The position numbers and the translations under genes were made by a program. From Gammaproteobacteria bacterium (lineage in GTDB: Bacteria > Pseudomonadota > Gammaproteobacteria > GRL18): a DNA stretch of 64,000 nt. This document shows, one piece after another, positions 19,643-29,158 of this stretch (the first letter of the stretch is position 1; every line of letters begins with the position of its first letter). Below the pieces are notes generated by a model, which saw only the letters and a program-made list of their open reading frames with translations, made no database searches and was not told the DNA's origin. Location: positions 6,409-70,408 of the forward strand of contig JADGEM010000011.1 of the NCBI GenBank assembly GCA_016744375.1, read 5' to 3'.

Positions 19643-21277
19643 TTGAGCACAGCAAAAGTTTTTTCCATCATCAGTTTGGCTTGTCTTTCAGTATTATTAC
19701 TTTTATCCGTCTCTGAATATTGGTATCACAACCCTGACAGTGGGATTTACGTAGGAACTGCATTTAATATCCTTAAGTTTGGTGAATATACTTTTAATAG
19801 CCTCCCAAACCTTCAATATTACCCTGGATTCTCCACTTTATTAACAATACCCATATCCCTCTTTGGTATGGATTTTTATTTCCTTAACCTATTTTCAACT
19901 TTAATCGCTATTTCAGTGTTATGGATGATAAGTTTATATTTCAATATAAGCCGTTACGGTCCAATCATCATATTGATACCATTAATCTTTTTAAGTGGTG
20001 CAATTTTTCAACAACAGATCATTTATATTCGAACCGGTGCACCATTCTTACTGCTTGTTTTATTCTCGCTTTTTTTCTGGCGTAGCTATTTAAACACTGG
20101 TTCAAAAAAGACCTTATTAGCATGTTTATTCTTTGTCGCTATATCACCTTTATTTCGATTTGAAGGTTTATTCCTTATTTTAAGTTTTTCATTAGCATAC
20201 CTTTATTATCAATACAGCAAAGAAAAACAGATTGTCTCCAGCATATTATCAACTGGATTGATATCAATTATTATTTTTCTTCCGTTTGCCCTATGGACCT
20301 ATAGAAATTTCCAACTTCATACACCAGACACAATCAATATGGCAAATCAATTCTTCTTTGGATTAAAAGGTCAACGTTTTTATGCACCGGATTACTTTAA
20401 AGTGGATTGGATTAATTCGGGTAGTTGGAAATATGGAGCCTATCACCTGTATCAAACAATTCGAGACATTTCATATTCATTTATTGGCAACACTATTGAT
20501 CTGACAAAATTTTCAGGAGAATTATTCAGACTATTTTTTCTGCTTACTGTTGGCTTTTTTGCGTTATATGGCTTAAAAGAGTGGTTTAAAAAAGCCACTA
20601 TTTTAGAAATATCATTTGTTATTCTTCTAACTTTATATTTTGTAAATCGCTCTCTATCATCGAACAATCTCTATACTGTTACCCGATATTGGTTACCATT
20701 ATTGCCTTTTTATATTGCCTTTGTTCTTATCGGTTATAGACAAATAATAGATAATCAAAAAAATAAATATTTGATATTGTTCATCAGGTTATCATCCCTG
20801 ACACTATTATCTGTTATCTTTATCAACGGCATTATTGTTTTTTCATCGATTAAAAACAATGACAAAAAGGAAGAGTATTATAATCAGGCAACTCTTAGCC
20901 TCCAGTCGATGTCTGACTATTTCAAGAACAATACAGCCAATGACACCACTATTGCAACCACAGACTTTGGTGTATTACCACTGTACATAAAAAGAAAAAG
21001 CTTTCGCCTGATTAATGATGACAACTATAACTACCTATACTCACTAAAAATAATACAAAAGTATCATACAAAATACTTAGCCATCCTTGATGAAAATGCG
21101 GCTATTTGGCCTTCTTCAAGAGCTATGGTAATAATGTACCCTGATATTTTCCAATTGGTCAGGCACTTTAACCCTGAAAATAAAATAGGACCAGCCGCTA
21201 GTATTTATAAAATAGACCTAAAAAGAGTTGACTCAGAAATTGTCGTTCAAAAAGAAATAATACAACAGAAAAAATAA
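19643..21277 (+). CDS. GT-C fold multi-TM glycosyltransferase (ArnT/PMT-like)
   Basis: First loop PDSGIY..YYPGFS, PLFRFEG, TRYWLPLLP, about 11 TM helices and a soluble C-terminal domain; TTG start. Confidence 0.6.
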   Translation: MSTAKVFSIISLACLSVLLLLSVSEYWYHNPDSGIYVGTAFNILKFGEYTFNSLPNLQYYPGFSTLLTIPISLFGMDFYFLNLFSTLIAISVLWMISLYFNISRYGPIIILIPLIFLSGAIFQQQIIYIRTGAPFLLLVLFSLFFWRSYLNTGSKKTLLACLFFVAISPLFRFEGLFLILSFSLAYLYYQYSKEKQIVSSILSTGLISIIIFLPFALWTYRNFQLHTPDTINMANQFFFGLKGQRFYAPDYFKVDWINSGSWKYGAYHLYQTIRDISYSFIGNTIDLTKFSGELFRLFFLLTVGFFALYGLKEWFKKATILEISFVILLTLYFVNRSLSSNNLYTVTRYWLPLLPFYIAFVLIGYRQIIDNQKNKYLILFIRLSSLTLLSVIFINGIIVFSSIKNNDKKEEYYNQATLSLQSMSDYFKNNTANDTTIATTDFGVLPLYIKRKSFRLINDDNYNYLYSLKIIQKYHTKYLAILDENAAIWPSSRAMVIMYPDIFQLVRHFNPENKIGPAASIYKIDLKRVDSEIVVQKEIIQQKK

Positions 21278-21280
21278 TAA

Positions 21281-22810
21281 ATGAATGTAAATAAGACAAT
21301 TTTAATAAGAGGATCAACACTCCGAGTTATACAAACATTTGTTGGTATGGGCATCGGCTTCTGGATGCTCCCATTTTTAATTACTAATCTTGGCAAGCAT
21401 GATTATGCTCTTTGGGTGTTAGTTGCCAGTGTGGTATTTTCTTATTATTTCCTTGATCTAGGGCTTTCGCATGCTGTCACACGTTATGTCGCAAGATATA
21501 TATACGTAGAAGAATATGAACGAGCAAACAAGATAATTAATACATCCCTCTTCATTTACAGCATCCTTGCTATCACTGTATTTACGGCAACTGTTTTTGC
21601 TGCACTTTTTATTGCACCAACAATGGTTGAAGATAGTCATGACTTAAAAACTGTTCAGGCTATTTTGCTAATATCAGGCTTATCCATTAGCTTTGAATTT
21701 CCCTCTAAAGCATTTCCTGGCGTCATTAGTGCTTACATGAGACATGATACTGTTGCAATAGTTCGGACAATTGCGCAAATTATTAGGGCCATTGCTATTT
21801 ACTTTTTTATAGGCAATGGTTTTGGTCTTGTGACACTTGCTATCATTTCATTTGTTTCTAATATTATAACAACCATTTTTTTTATCTATTATACCTCTAC
21901 CCTTTTCAAACAGCTTTCTTTTGGAAGAAAATTCATTTCAAAAAGTGATATTAAAGAGCTTTTCCACTTCAGTAAGTGGACATTTATCAGCGACATGACC
22001 CGATTGTACAAAGACAAGATGGATATTTGGCTCATCGCTTCATTTATTTCAGCTTCTGCTGTAACAATTTATTATGTGGCTGTACGCCTTACAGAATACG
22101 CAACTCAACTGGCAATGCAGGCTCTGGGTATTACAGGGCCAATTTTTACAAAGTTATATGCAAAAAAAGAAATCGACAAGATTAATACCACTCTTATCTT
22201 TTTTGTCAAAATGTATTTATTGATATTCGCTGTATTTACATCTGGATTTTATACACTCGGTGAAAGCTTTATATACGCCTGGGTTGGCGATGAAATTGAC
22301 TATAAATTAGCCTATCAGTGCCTTTTAATCTTATCGACAGGAAAGCTCTTTGCATTATCTACATCCCCCTTTATCAGCTTGTTAATGACAATAAAAAAGC
22401 ATAAATATGAAGCCTATTTATCTGCTTTTGATTCAATAGTTGCCACTCTGTCTGCTTTATATCTAATCCCTACTTATGGAATTCTCGGCGCTGCAATTGC
22501 TTTCTCTGCAATAGTCGCAATTATTCGTAGCATTGTCATCCCATTAATTGTGATTAACTTTATTGACATCGATATCAAACACCTGATCTATAGAGGCTCT
22601 ATTTTTTTACTGTATTCATTACTGATGACAGTGATAATAAATCAGTTTATACAGAATGCTTCAGGTTGGCTTGAAATACTTTATTATTCTCCTATTATTG
22701 CAACTGCAATTCTGGGTGGTACTATATTTTTATTTGATCGTGAAGAGAGGCTTAAAGTACTGGAATGGGTCACGCACAAAATAAATAAAACAAAGGAAAG
22801 CACTCTATAA
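21281..22810 (+). CDS. wzx: Second Wzx-type oligosaccharide flippase
   Basis: About 14 TM segments; LDLGLSHAVTRY, KDKMDIWLI, YYVAVRL and YGILGAAIA. Confidence 0.88.
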   Translation: MNVNKTILIRGSTLRVIQTFVGMGIGFWMLPFLITNLGKHDYALWVLVASVVFSYYFLDLGLSHAVTRYVARYIYVEEYERANKIINTSLFIYSILAITVFTATVFAALFIAPTMVEDSHDLKTVQAILLISGLSISFEFPSKAFPGVISAYMRHDTVAIVRTIAQIIRAIAIYFFIGNGFGLVTLAIISFVSNIITTIFFIYYTSTLFKQLSFGRKFISKSDIKELFHFSKWTFISDMTRLYKDKMDIWLIASFISASAVTIYYVAVRLTEYATQLAMQALGITGPIFTKLYAKKEIDKINTTLIFFVKMYLLIFAVFTSGFYTLGESFIYAWVGDEIDYKLAYQCLLILSTGKLFALSTSPFISLLMTIKKHKYEAYLSAFDSIVATLSALYLIPTYGILGAAIAFSAIVAIIRSIVIPLIVINFIDIDIKHLIYRGSIFLLYSLLMTVIINQFIQNASGWLEILYYSPIIATAILGGTIFLFDREERLKVLEWVTHKINKTKESTL

Positions 22811-22915
22811 TTTAGACAATAACTAACTTTCCAAACCAGTAAAAATAGTTGACACGAGGACATGAATATCATTGAGTCTGTGAAAAATCAATCTCAGAAG
22901 ATCCAAAAAAATGAA

Positions 22916-24118
22916 TTACCGCTTAAGTAAATAATCACGAATCCATTTTTGTTTTGTTGGAGTATTTTTTACATCTGAGAACTCAAGTGAGATAGCACTC
23001 CAATTACGATATCGAAAACCATAATAGATGGACTTAAGCAATGATATACAATATTTCTTAATCATTTTCCGATAACAAGAATTAACCGCATCCTTATCAT
23101 CTAAAGAAATGGATCTTGATGAAATCATATTAAGGATTTTTTCACGATCAGTATTTTCTGCTATATGGGGGCGCCCCTCATGATCTAGAATAATTGGAAT
23201 AACTTTTATTCTATCCACACCATCAACTGACACATCAACTTCCAACTGAAAGCTAAGATGACATTCATTAGAATTCCCTCTCATATAATTTGAAACAGGG
23301 GTTACATAATTTCCTAAACTGTAGGCAATCAAAGCACCTTGATAAATTTCAAGTCCTTGAATAACATGAGGGTGATGACAAAAGATAAGATTGGCACCTG
23401 CTTCAACTATTTTTCTACAGAGTGATATTCGATCAGGTGCGGGTAACTCTTGAAACTCAGCATCCATGTGGAGATTAACAATTTTTACACTTGTCTCATG
23501 TGCACAAGCCTTTAGATCTGAGATTATATTGCTTAATATCGCTTCGGCACAACCAGCCTTATTACTACTAGCAACATGATTTCCCGTCCTAAAGGAATAT
23601 GCTAAGATGCAGACTGAAATACCTTTCTTTGTCAGCCAAACTGGCTTCCGAGCTTCATTTTCATTCCTTCCAGCACCCACAACTTCAATACCAGCATCAC
23701 ATAACGAATCTAAAGTTGTTTTGAGGCCTTCTTCGCCACCATCCATAGTATGATTATTTGCCAGAGTCACTACATCAAAGCCAGCAGATTTAATCCCATT
23801 TATTGCACATACTTCAGATATTAGATGAGCTTTAGGTCCTAATACGGAATATGCTGATTCAACCAGGATCGTTTCAAGATTACCTATTCTCAGATCAGCA
23901 TGCCGAAGCCCCTCAGTCATATTTTCAAATAAATATTCAGCCCCATGCTGGCGCATCGCAATAAAAGACTCCGCATGGAAATCAAAATCACCCACTGCAA
24001 TAATTTTAATTGATGATCCTGATGATCCACTCGTATCTCGAAGAGTGGTCTCTCCATTCCCTTCAATAAGCATTGTACCAATATTTTCAAAGTGATTGGT
24101 TTTATCTCTATTCATCAT
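22916..24118 (-). CDS. CapA/PGA_cap-family metallophosphoesterase-fold protein
   Basis: AVGD, IGNLE, LANNHTMD, LHMDAE, HHPHV and YSLGN motifs. Confidence 0.88.
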   Translation of the reverse strand: MMNRDKTNHFENIGTMLIEGNGETTLRDTSGSSGSSIKIIAVGDFDFHAESFIAMRQHGAEYLFENMTEGLRHADLRIGNLETILVESAYSVLGPKAHLISEVCAINGIKSAGFDVVTLANNHTMDGGEEGLKTTLDSLCDAGIEVVGAGRNENEARKPVWLTKKGISVCILAYSFRTGNHVASSNKAGCAEAILSNIISDLKACAHETSVKIVNLHMDAEFQELPAPDRISLCRKIVEAGANLIFCHHPHVIQGLEIYQGALIAYSLGNYVTPVSNYMRGNSNECHLSFQLEVDVSVDGVDRIKVIPIILDHEGRPHIAENTDREKILNMISSRSISLDDKDAVNSCYRKMIKKYCISLLKSIYYGFRYRNWSAISLEFSDVKNTPTKQKWIRDYLLKR

Positions 24119-24355
24119 TATTAATCTTTAATCTTTTCATTCAGCTATATACTTTTCTTTTAATAATTCAGGGGATTCATCCCATATAAACATTTTCCCC
24201 TAGCTCAAAGTTATAAAGCATATGAGAAAAGTTACCAGGAACTTTACGAATAGAATTTTTACTGTAGACAAAATAGCAGTTCCAAATATCTGTACTCAGG
24301 AACATTGTCAGAGAATAGAGTTTATCAAAAATATGAGTAATATTTTTCCAAATAA

Positions 24356-25300
24356 CTATTTTCCTAATAAAGCAAGAACCCATCCCTTATAGGCACTTAA
24401 TTTACGATGATAAAGTAAAGATTGTGAGTACGCACTACGAGCTTCAGAAAATTGTTTTGCTTTTCTCAACGCGAAACCAAACATTCGATACAGTTTTCCA
24501 AGTCGAACATGGACAATTTTAATATTTTCATTATCGTCCAAATGATCGAGTTGCATCTCCAAGCCCTTTATCATAGCAGGAAAACGAGATACGCCTCTTG
24601 TTGAAATACTATTTAAGCCCATTCTATAACAATGCATTGTTCGGTCTAAAAATAGGAAATCCCAGCCTCCTCTTGCTATTCGTCTCCACATATCAATATC
24701 ATCAGCATTCTTCATGGTTTCATCAAAATCACCCATTAAATCAAGAGTATTTCTTGGACATACAACACTCGATGTTCCTACAAAATTTGCATTTAACAAG
24801 TGATAATAAGCATGCTCTGCTGGTAATAAATAGACTCCATCAATTTCAGTTGGAACAAGAGACTCACGAAAATTCGTATATTCATGCAAGTAGCTGTCAT
24901 TTGTACGTTGGCCTGCTGAATTTATTGTGCAAAAATCAGTAAATAAAAGTCCAACAGAGGGGTATTGGACAATGGCATCCACTGATTTTTCTAGTTTTTC
25001 TGGTAACATAACATCATCCGCATCAAAAAATGCAACAAAAGGAGCTGATGATTGTTTTATCCCGACATTCCTAGGTCGAGAAGGCCCACCTGAATTATCA
25101 ATTCTAATACTGTGAACAGTATCTTTTCGATTTATTAGTAGGTTCGGGGTCTCATCAGTCGAGCCATCATCTACAACCCATATTTCCAAATTGTTTTCTG
25201 ACTGCACCATAACAGAATCAAGTGATTCATCCAGATATGTAGCTGCATTATATGCCGGGATCACCACTGCAATTCGAGCATCATAACAACTTTGTTTCAT
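24356..25300 (-). CDS. GT2 glycosyltransferase
   Basis: VVIPAYN, VVDDGSTD, GPSRPRNVG and FFDADD. Confidence 0.92.
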   Translation of the reverse strand: MKQSCYDARIAVVIPAYNAATYLDESLDSVMVQSENNLEIWVVDDGSTDETPNLLINRKDTVHSIRIDNSGGPSRPRNVGIKQSSAPFVAFFDADDVMLPEKLEKSVDAIVQYPSVGLLFTDFCTINSAGQRTNDSYLHEYTNFRESLVPTEIDGVYLLPAEHAYYHLLNANFVGTSSVVCPRNTLDLMGDFDETMKNADDIDMWRRIARGGWDFLFLDRTMHCYRMGLNSISTRGVSRFPAMIKGLEMQLDHLDDNENIKIVHVRLGKLYRMFGFALRKAKQFSEARSAYSQSLLYHRKLSAYKGWVLALLGK

Positions 25301-26343
25301 GAGCTACATCCAGCATCAGTAGATGCATTATTGATGTAGTTTAAAAAAGCATTACAAAAATATTCTTCTGGTGATGGATTTTCTACACTTCGCACTACCC
25401 AGGCACCCTTAATTTGTTCATAGCAACGACTTCCTCTCATGAGCGTATACAGTCCAAAATGCACACATTGATATTCAATTAATCCATATTCATCACCATT
25501 GAATTCGGCTATATCTAGAGAAGCCCAGGGGGTATTGAGTTTTTTAACAACGTGTAATGCATAGTCAAGAAGTGAATCTGATGGAACTTCATCAAAACTA
25601 AATTTTCCACTGCCTGATGCACGGAAATCTCCCTCTCTGGTGTATCGTTTTAAACAAAAGCATGTTTCACCAAACACAAGTATTTTCCAATCATGGGACA
25701 GCCCTTCTATGAACTCCTGCAAGATAACTCGGCCAACAAGAACTGGATATTTATTTTTGTATAGAGTAATTTTATCATTGTATGAACGCTTATTCTTAAA
25801 TCGTCGAAGAGGATTTGATGCAGGTGGATGTATATGTGTCATCACCTTCTCAGCGGTAGCCATTAGTTCATCATTTGAACTAATTTTAAAGACACCTTTA
25901 CTTCCAAATCCTGCGGGGGTCTTTAATACCAGTGGAAAATGAAGCTTGGGTAAAATATCATTAATATCTTCTCTTGTTCCTACCAACTCTGCTTTTGGAA
26001 CATCTAGTCCAAGCTTTTTCTTAAGAAGTTCTTGGAAGAATTTATTTTCATGAGAGCGAAATAACGGAAAGTCAGGAACAAGATCAGCACCACAAAGCTC
26101 AGCATACAATAAACAATCTTCAATATACTGAGAAAACTCCGGGTACTGTGCACTAGCATACCAAATGTATTTTCCTGAAATTTGTGAAGGCTCAAGAGCC
26201 ATAAAAGCACAATGAGTTAAAACATTGACTTCACAACCAGCTCGCAGCAAATGCGACTTAATAAGCGAAATATCTAAACTCTCTACCTCATGTAATTTCT
26301 GAGGGATTCCATGCAAACTATGTGTGATTAATATTACATCCAT
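25297..26343 (-). CDS. RimK-like ATP-grasp ligase
   Basis: PLVLKTPAGFGSKGVF, ILQEFIEG, DWKILV, DFRASGSG, SLDIA and LIEYQ; ATGA overlap with the downstream GT2. Confidence 0.8.
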   Translation of the reverse strand: MDVILITHSLHGIPQKLHEVESLDISLIKSHLLRAGCEVNVLTHCAFMALEPSQISGKYIWYASAQYPEFSQYIEDCLLYAELCGADLVPDFPLFRSHENKFFQELLKKKLGLDVPKAELVGTREDINDILPKLHFPLVLKTPAGFGSKGVFKISSNDELMATAEKVMTHIHPPASNPLRRFKNKRSYNDKITLYKNKYPVLVGRVILQEFIEGLSHDWKILVFGETCFCLKRYTREGDFRASGSGKFSFDEVPSDSLLDYALHVVKKLNTPWASLDIAEFNGDEYGLIEYQCVHFGLYTLMRGSRCYEQIKGAWVVRSVENPSPEEYFCNAFLNYINNASTDAGCSS

Positions 26344-26557
26344 ACTCTAAACCTTACAATCAAACCTAACTTAAATATAAATCCATTATAATTTATAACA
26401 AAAATAGTATCTCACTGCTTAAATTTACCCAATTAATTTTAAAAGAAATATATTCTCAAGTCCATGATATTGGTATTTGGGTTTCACCTTTTAACTTATA
26501 CTAAACTTAGGATAGTTACCAATTATCACCCTTGCTAGTTGTAGCAAATACTTATCT

Positions 26558-27769
26558 TTATCTGTCTACAATCTGAATTTCTCTAGTAGAAATCACTTGA
26601 CCATTATCATCTTTAATATGCTCATAATAAGCGCCCGCTTTAAGGCCTCCCTTGTTGAGTACGTATTGAATATCAGTTTTGGTGCTTATATTGAGCCAAG
26701 ATATAATTTCTTGATCTTCCATTACAGTAGACTTTGCATAATCCTCATTATCTGTAATAACAACTGTAGCCCATGAACCCGTCTGGAAATTCATATCATC
26801 TGTGAAGAACTCAACCGTTTGTTTTGAATTTCCAATATAATTTTGAACTAGAATACGATTAATTCGATATTTTCCATTGTACACCATCATATTATCAGGG
26901 TATTTACCAAACTTATCACTTCTGGAAGGCATTAAACGAGTGCCGTTTTTATCCGTAATATAAATACGGAATTTTCCGTCTCGTTTACCCTTTGTGCCAG
27001 TATATATCTCATAGGTCAGTTTAAACCATCTGTTATTTGTATCTGGTAATGTTCCTGCAACCCAGTATGAAGTCTCTACATCTTTATCGCCCGGGCTGTA
27101 ATCAATCAAATCAGAACTTCTAATACGGTTAAACATGGCAAAATCAGGATAAAAGTTTTGCTGGTTATTTAATCGTGTCATCTTCCATTGCCACCAGTTA
27201 GATGTATCACGATTTAATTCATTTGCTTTAGTCCAGTATGACCAGCGAAATTTAGTATTCACTGGTATGCCTTTGATTTCTGTTTTTAATGCAGCATTAG
27301 CTCTACTAGTTTCTTCAGGTGGTTTTGCTTTTGAGTAGATTACTTTGCCACGAATAGAGTCCACTTTAGCATAACTATGTGATGCGTTATTTGTATACCG
27401 TGTCTCCTGACCAAAGTGCCAGCGACCCATTTTCTCAAATTTAGTGTCTGTTTCTTTATTTTCAATAATACCGTTAACTCCCCCCTCGAAGTTATACTCT
27501 GTTATTCTTCTTTTATAATTACCATTTATAGATACTGTAACTTCACTGCCATGAACTACTCCTATGTTGCACCGCTCACAGTCTAGATTTATGGACTCCG
27601 CTGGAACCACTGGTGATCGCTCTACTAGCTTAGTTGGTTTAATGACTTCTGGATCAATGGGTAACCCTGCAGAAGCACAAGTATTACCTAATACAGCGTT
27701 CATACAAGCGTCATGTGAAAAAAAAACTGTTGTTAATAGCAGTAAAATTATAAGAAAAAAAATACGCAC
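26558..27769 (-). CDS. Hypothetical secreted protein, aromatic-rich beta-sandwich (lectin/polysaccharide-lyase-like?)
   Basis: Signal peptide MRIFFLIILLLLTTVFFS, four Cys near the N-terminus, Trp/Tyr/Lys-rich mature region (FRWSYW, NWWQWK, RWFKLTYEIY). The fold guess is weak. Confidence 0.5.
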   Translation of the reverse strand: MRIFFLIILLLLTTVFFSHDACMNAVLGNTCASAGLPIDPEVIKPTKLVERSPVVPAESINLDCERCNIGVVHGSEVTVSINGNYKRRITEYNFEGGVNGIIENKETDTKFEKMGRWHFGQETRYTNNASHSYAKVDSIRGKVIYSKAKPPEETSRANAALKTEIKGIPVNTKFRWSYWTKANELNRDTSNWWQWKMTRLNNQQNFYPDFAMFNRIRSSDLIDYSPGDKDVETSYWVAGTLPDTNNRWFKLTYEIYTGTKGKRDGKFRIYITDKNGTRLMPSRSDKFGKYPDNMMVYNGKYRINRILVQNYIGNSKQTVEFFTDDMNFQTGSWATVVITDNEDYAKSTVMEDQEIISWLNISTKTDIQYVLNKGGLKAGAYYEHIKDDNGQVISTREIQIVDR

Positions 27770-27933
27770 GATATTACCCCTTATAAAATTATTATTGATT
27801 GAAAATGTTCACTATAATCTCCATCGAATATTAGAAAACACTCATGGGTAGGATTTTAATAACTTGAATTAGAGATTTACAAATGATCAAATAGTTGTTC
27901 CCACACACCTATTCATCATAAATAAAGCTTCAA

Positions 27934-28116
27934 ATGAACATTAACATAATTACCAAAAAACTAAAACAAGTCTTAAGTGAAAAGAAATTAAACCTTCTGG
28001 AAAAAGAAACTGGGTTTACCCAGAGAAAAAGGAATATTACCGAATCTCAATTGGTTATAACCATCTATGCACTGGGAGACAAACACGCACGGCACTTGTC
28101 AGATAGATTGAGCTAA
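27934..28116 (+). mobile_element. IS4-family transposase N-terminal fragment (remnant)
   Basis: LNLLEKETGFTQRKRNIT..LVITIYALG..LSD resembles IS4 N-termini (xGFxxRxRKI..L..L..xLAD); stops after 60 codons with no DDE domain. Confidence 0.6.
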
Positions 28117-28139
28117 AAAAATACATTGAATTCTAAGAT

Positions 28140-28886
28140 TCACCTTTTAGGATTGCTTGCATGAAGTATCACCATCCAGGCATACTTCCTTAGAAAAGGA
28201 ATATGAAAAACCAACTTATCAAAACTGATAAGAAACTTATAAAGCATATTAAAAAAGAATGTTTTTCTAAAAGGTACTGCTAATAATGAAAATAAAATAA
28301 AATATTCAGTTTCAATTGTATTAAAATATTGCTTCAATAAATCAAGATCTTTCTGCATAAGAGGGTGTTCATCCTCAGTTCTCATCTTTGGCGTTAGATT
28401 TCGATATAAATTGATAAAAGGGTTATGACCTAAAGGCTCTGAGAAAACTATTCTCCCATCCTCTTTCAAAATTCTGGATAATTCTTGATAGGACTTTAAT
28501 ACATCCAGATGATGAATAATTCCAGTCCCAACTACTATATCAAATGTATTATCATCAAAATCAGTTTCCTCTGCATCCATTACAAAGTAGTCTGCATCAT
28601 ACTCAGTTTTGCTTATCGCTTCTTTAGCAATTTTTATCCCTTCAGGTGAAATATCAATGCCTGTTAATATTGCACCATATTCCAACCATTGTTTTGATCC
28701 ACTGCCCTTACCACAGCCATACTCCAAAAGCTTCTTGCCATCACTATGCTTTGCTATTAATTCATTATAACGATCATTTAAGTGATAAGTGACAGAGTAA
28801 TACTTACCAGCATTTTTTCTTACATTAACCTCTCCATATTGAACATCATGAAAAGCCTTCTCTTTTTCCAGACGTTTTGTATCCAT
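28140..28886 (-). CDS. Class I SAM-dependent methyltransferase
   Basis: LLEYGCGKG (motif I), GIDIS, MDAE and GIIHHL. Start moved to the ATG at 28886, which follows a GAGGA RBS. Confidence 0.9.
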   Translation of the reverse strand: MDTKRLEKEKAFHDVQYGEVNVRKNAGKYYSVTYHLNDRYNELIAKHSDGKKLLEYGCGKGSGSKQWLEYGAILTGIDISPEGIKIAKEAISKTEYDADYFVMDAEETDFDDNTFDIVVGTGIIHHLDVLKSYQELSRILKEDGRIVFSEPLGHNPFINLYRNLTPKMRTEDEHPLMQKDLDLLKQYFNTIETEYFILFSLLAVPFRKTFFFNMLYKFLISFDKLVFHIPFLRKYAWMVILHASNPKR

Positions 28887-29158
28887 TTTATTCCTCAAAT
28901 CGCTTTATAATTTCCAATCAATTGACAGTTTTTCATTTATTAGATAATACTGATTCATCTTTCAATAAAAACTCCAATTATTCCTCACAAAAAATATAGT
29001 TTGGTGATCTAGAATCACATGTCTTTATGAGCAATTTATTTAATAAATAATTCGCCATAAGTCGTGTGTCTTTTCTTTTTATTCAATGCATTTATTTTTG
29101 TAACATTACTCATAAGTTTGAGTTTATTGTAAGGTATATTACTGCATCTATTGCGCGG

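Noticed and set aside
22916-24118. Poly-gamma-glutamate capsule operon
   Set aside because: capB and capC are absent; only the CapA-like gene is present.
24121-24383. Fragmentary ORFs between the GT2 and CapA-like genes, faintly like a hexapeptide acetyltransferase (GENVYMG)
   Set aside because: Similarity is too short and interrupted to support a pseudogene call without a search.
26532-26547. TTGCTA-GTTG-TAGCAA palindrome after the orphan gene
   Set aside because: The 6-bp AT-rich stem without a U-tract is too weak to call a terminator or operator.
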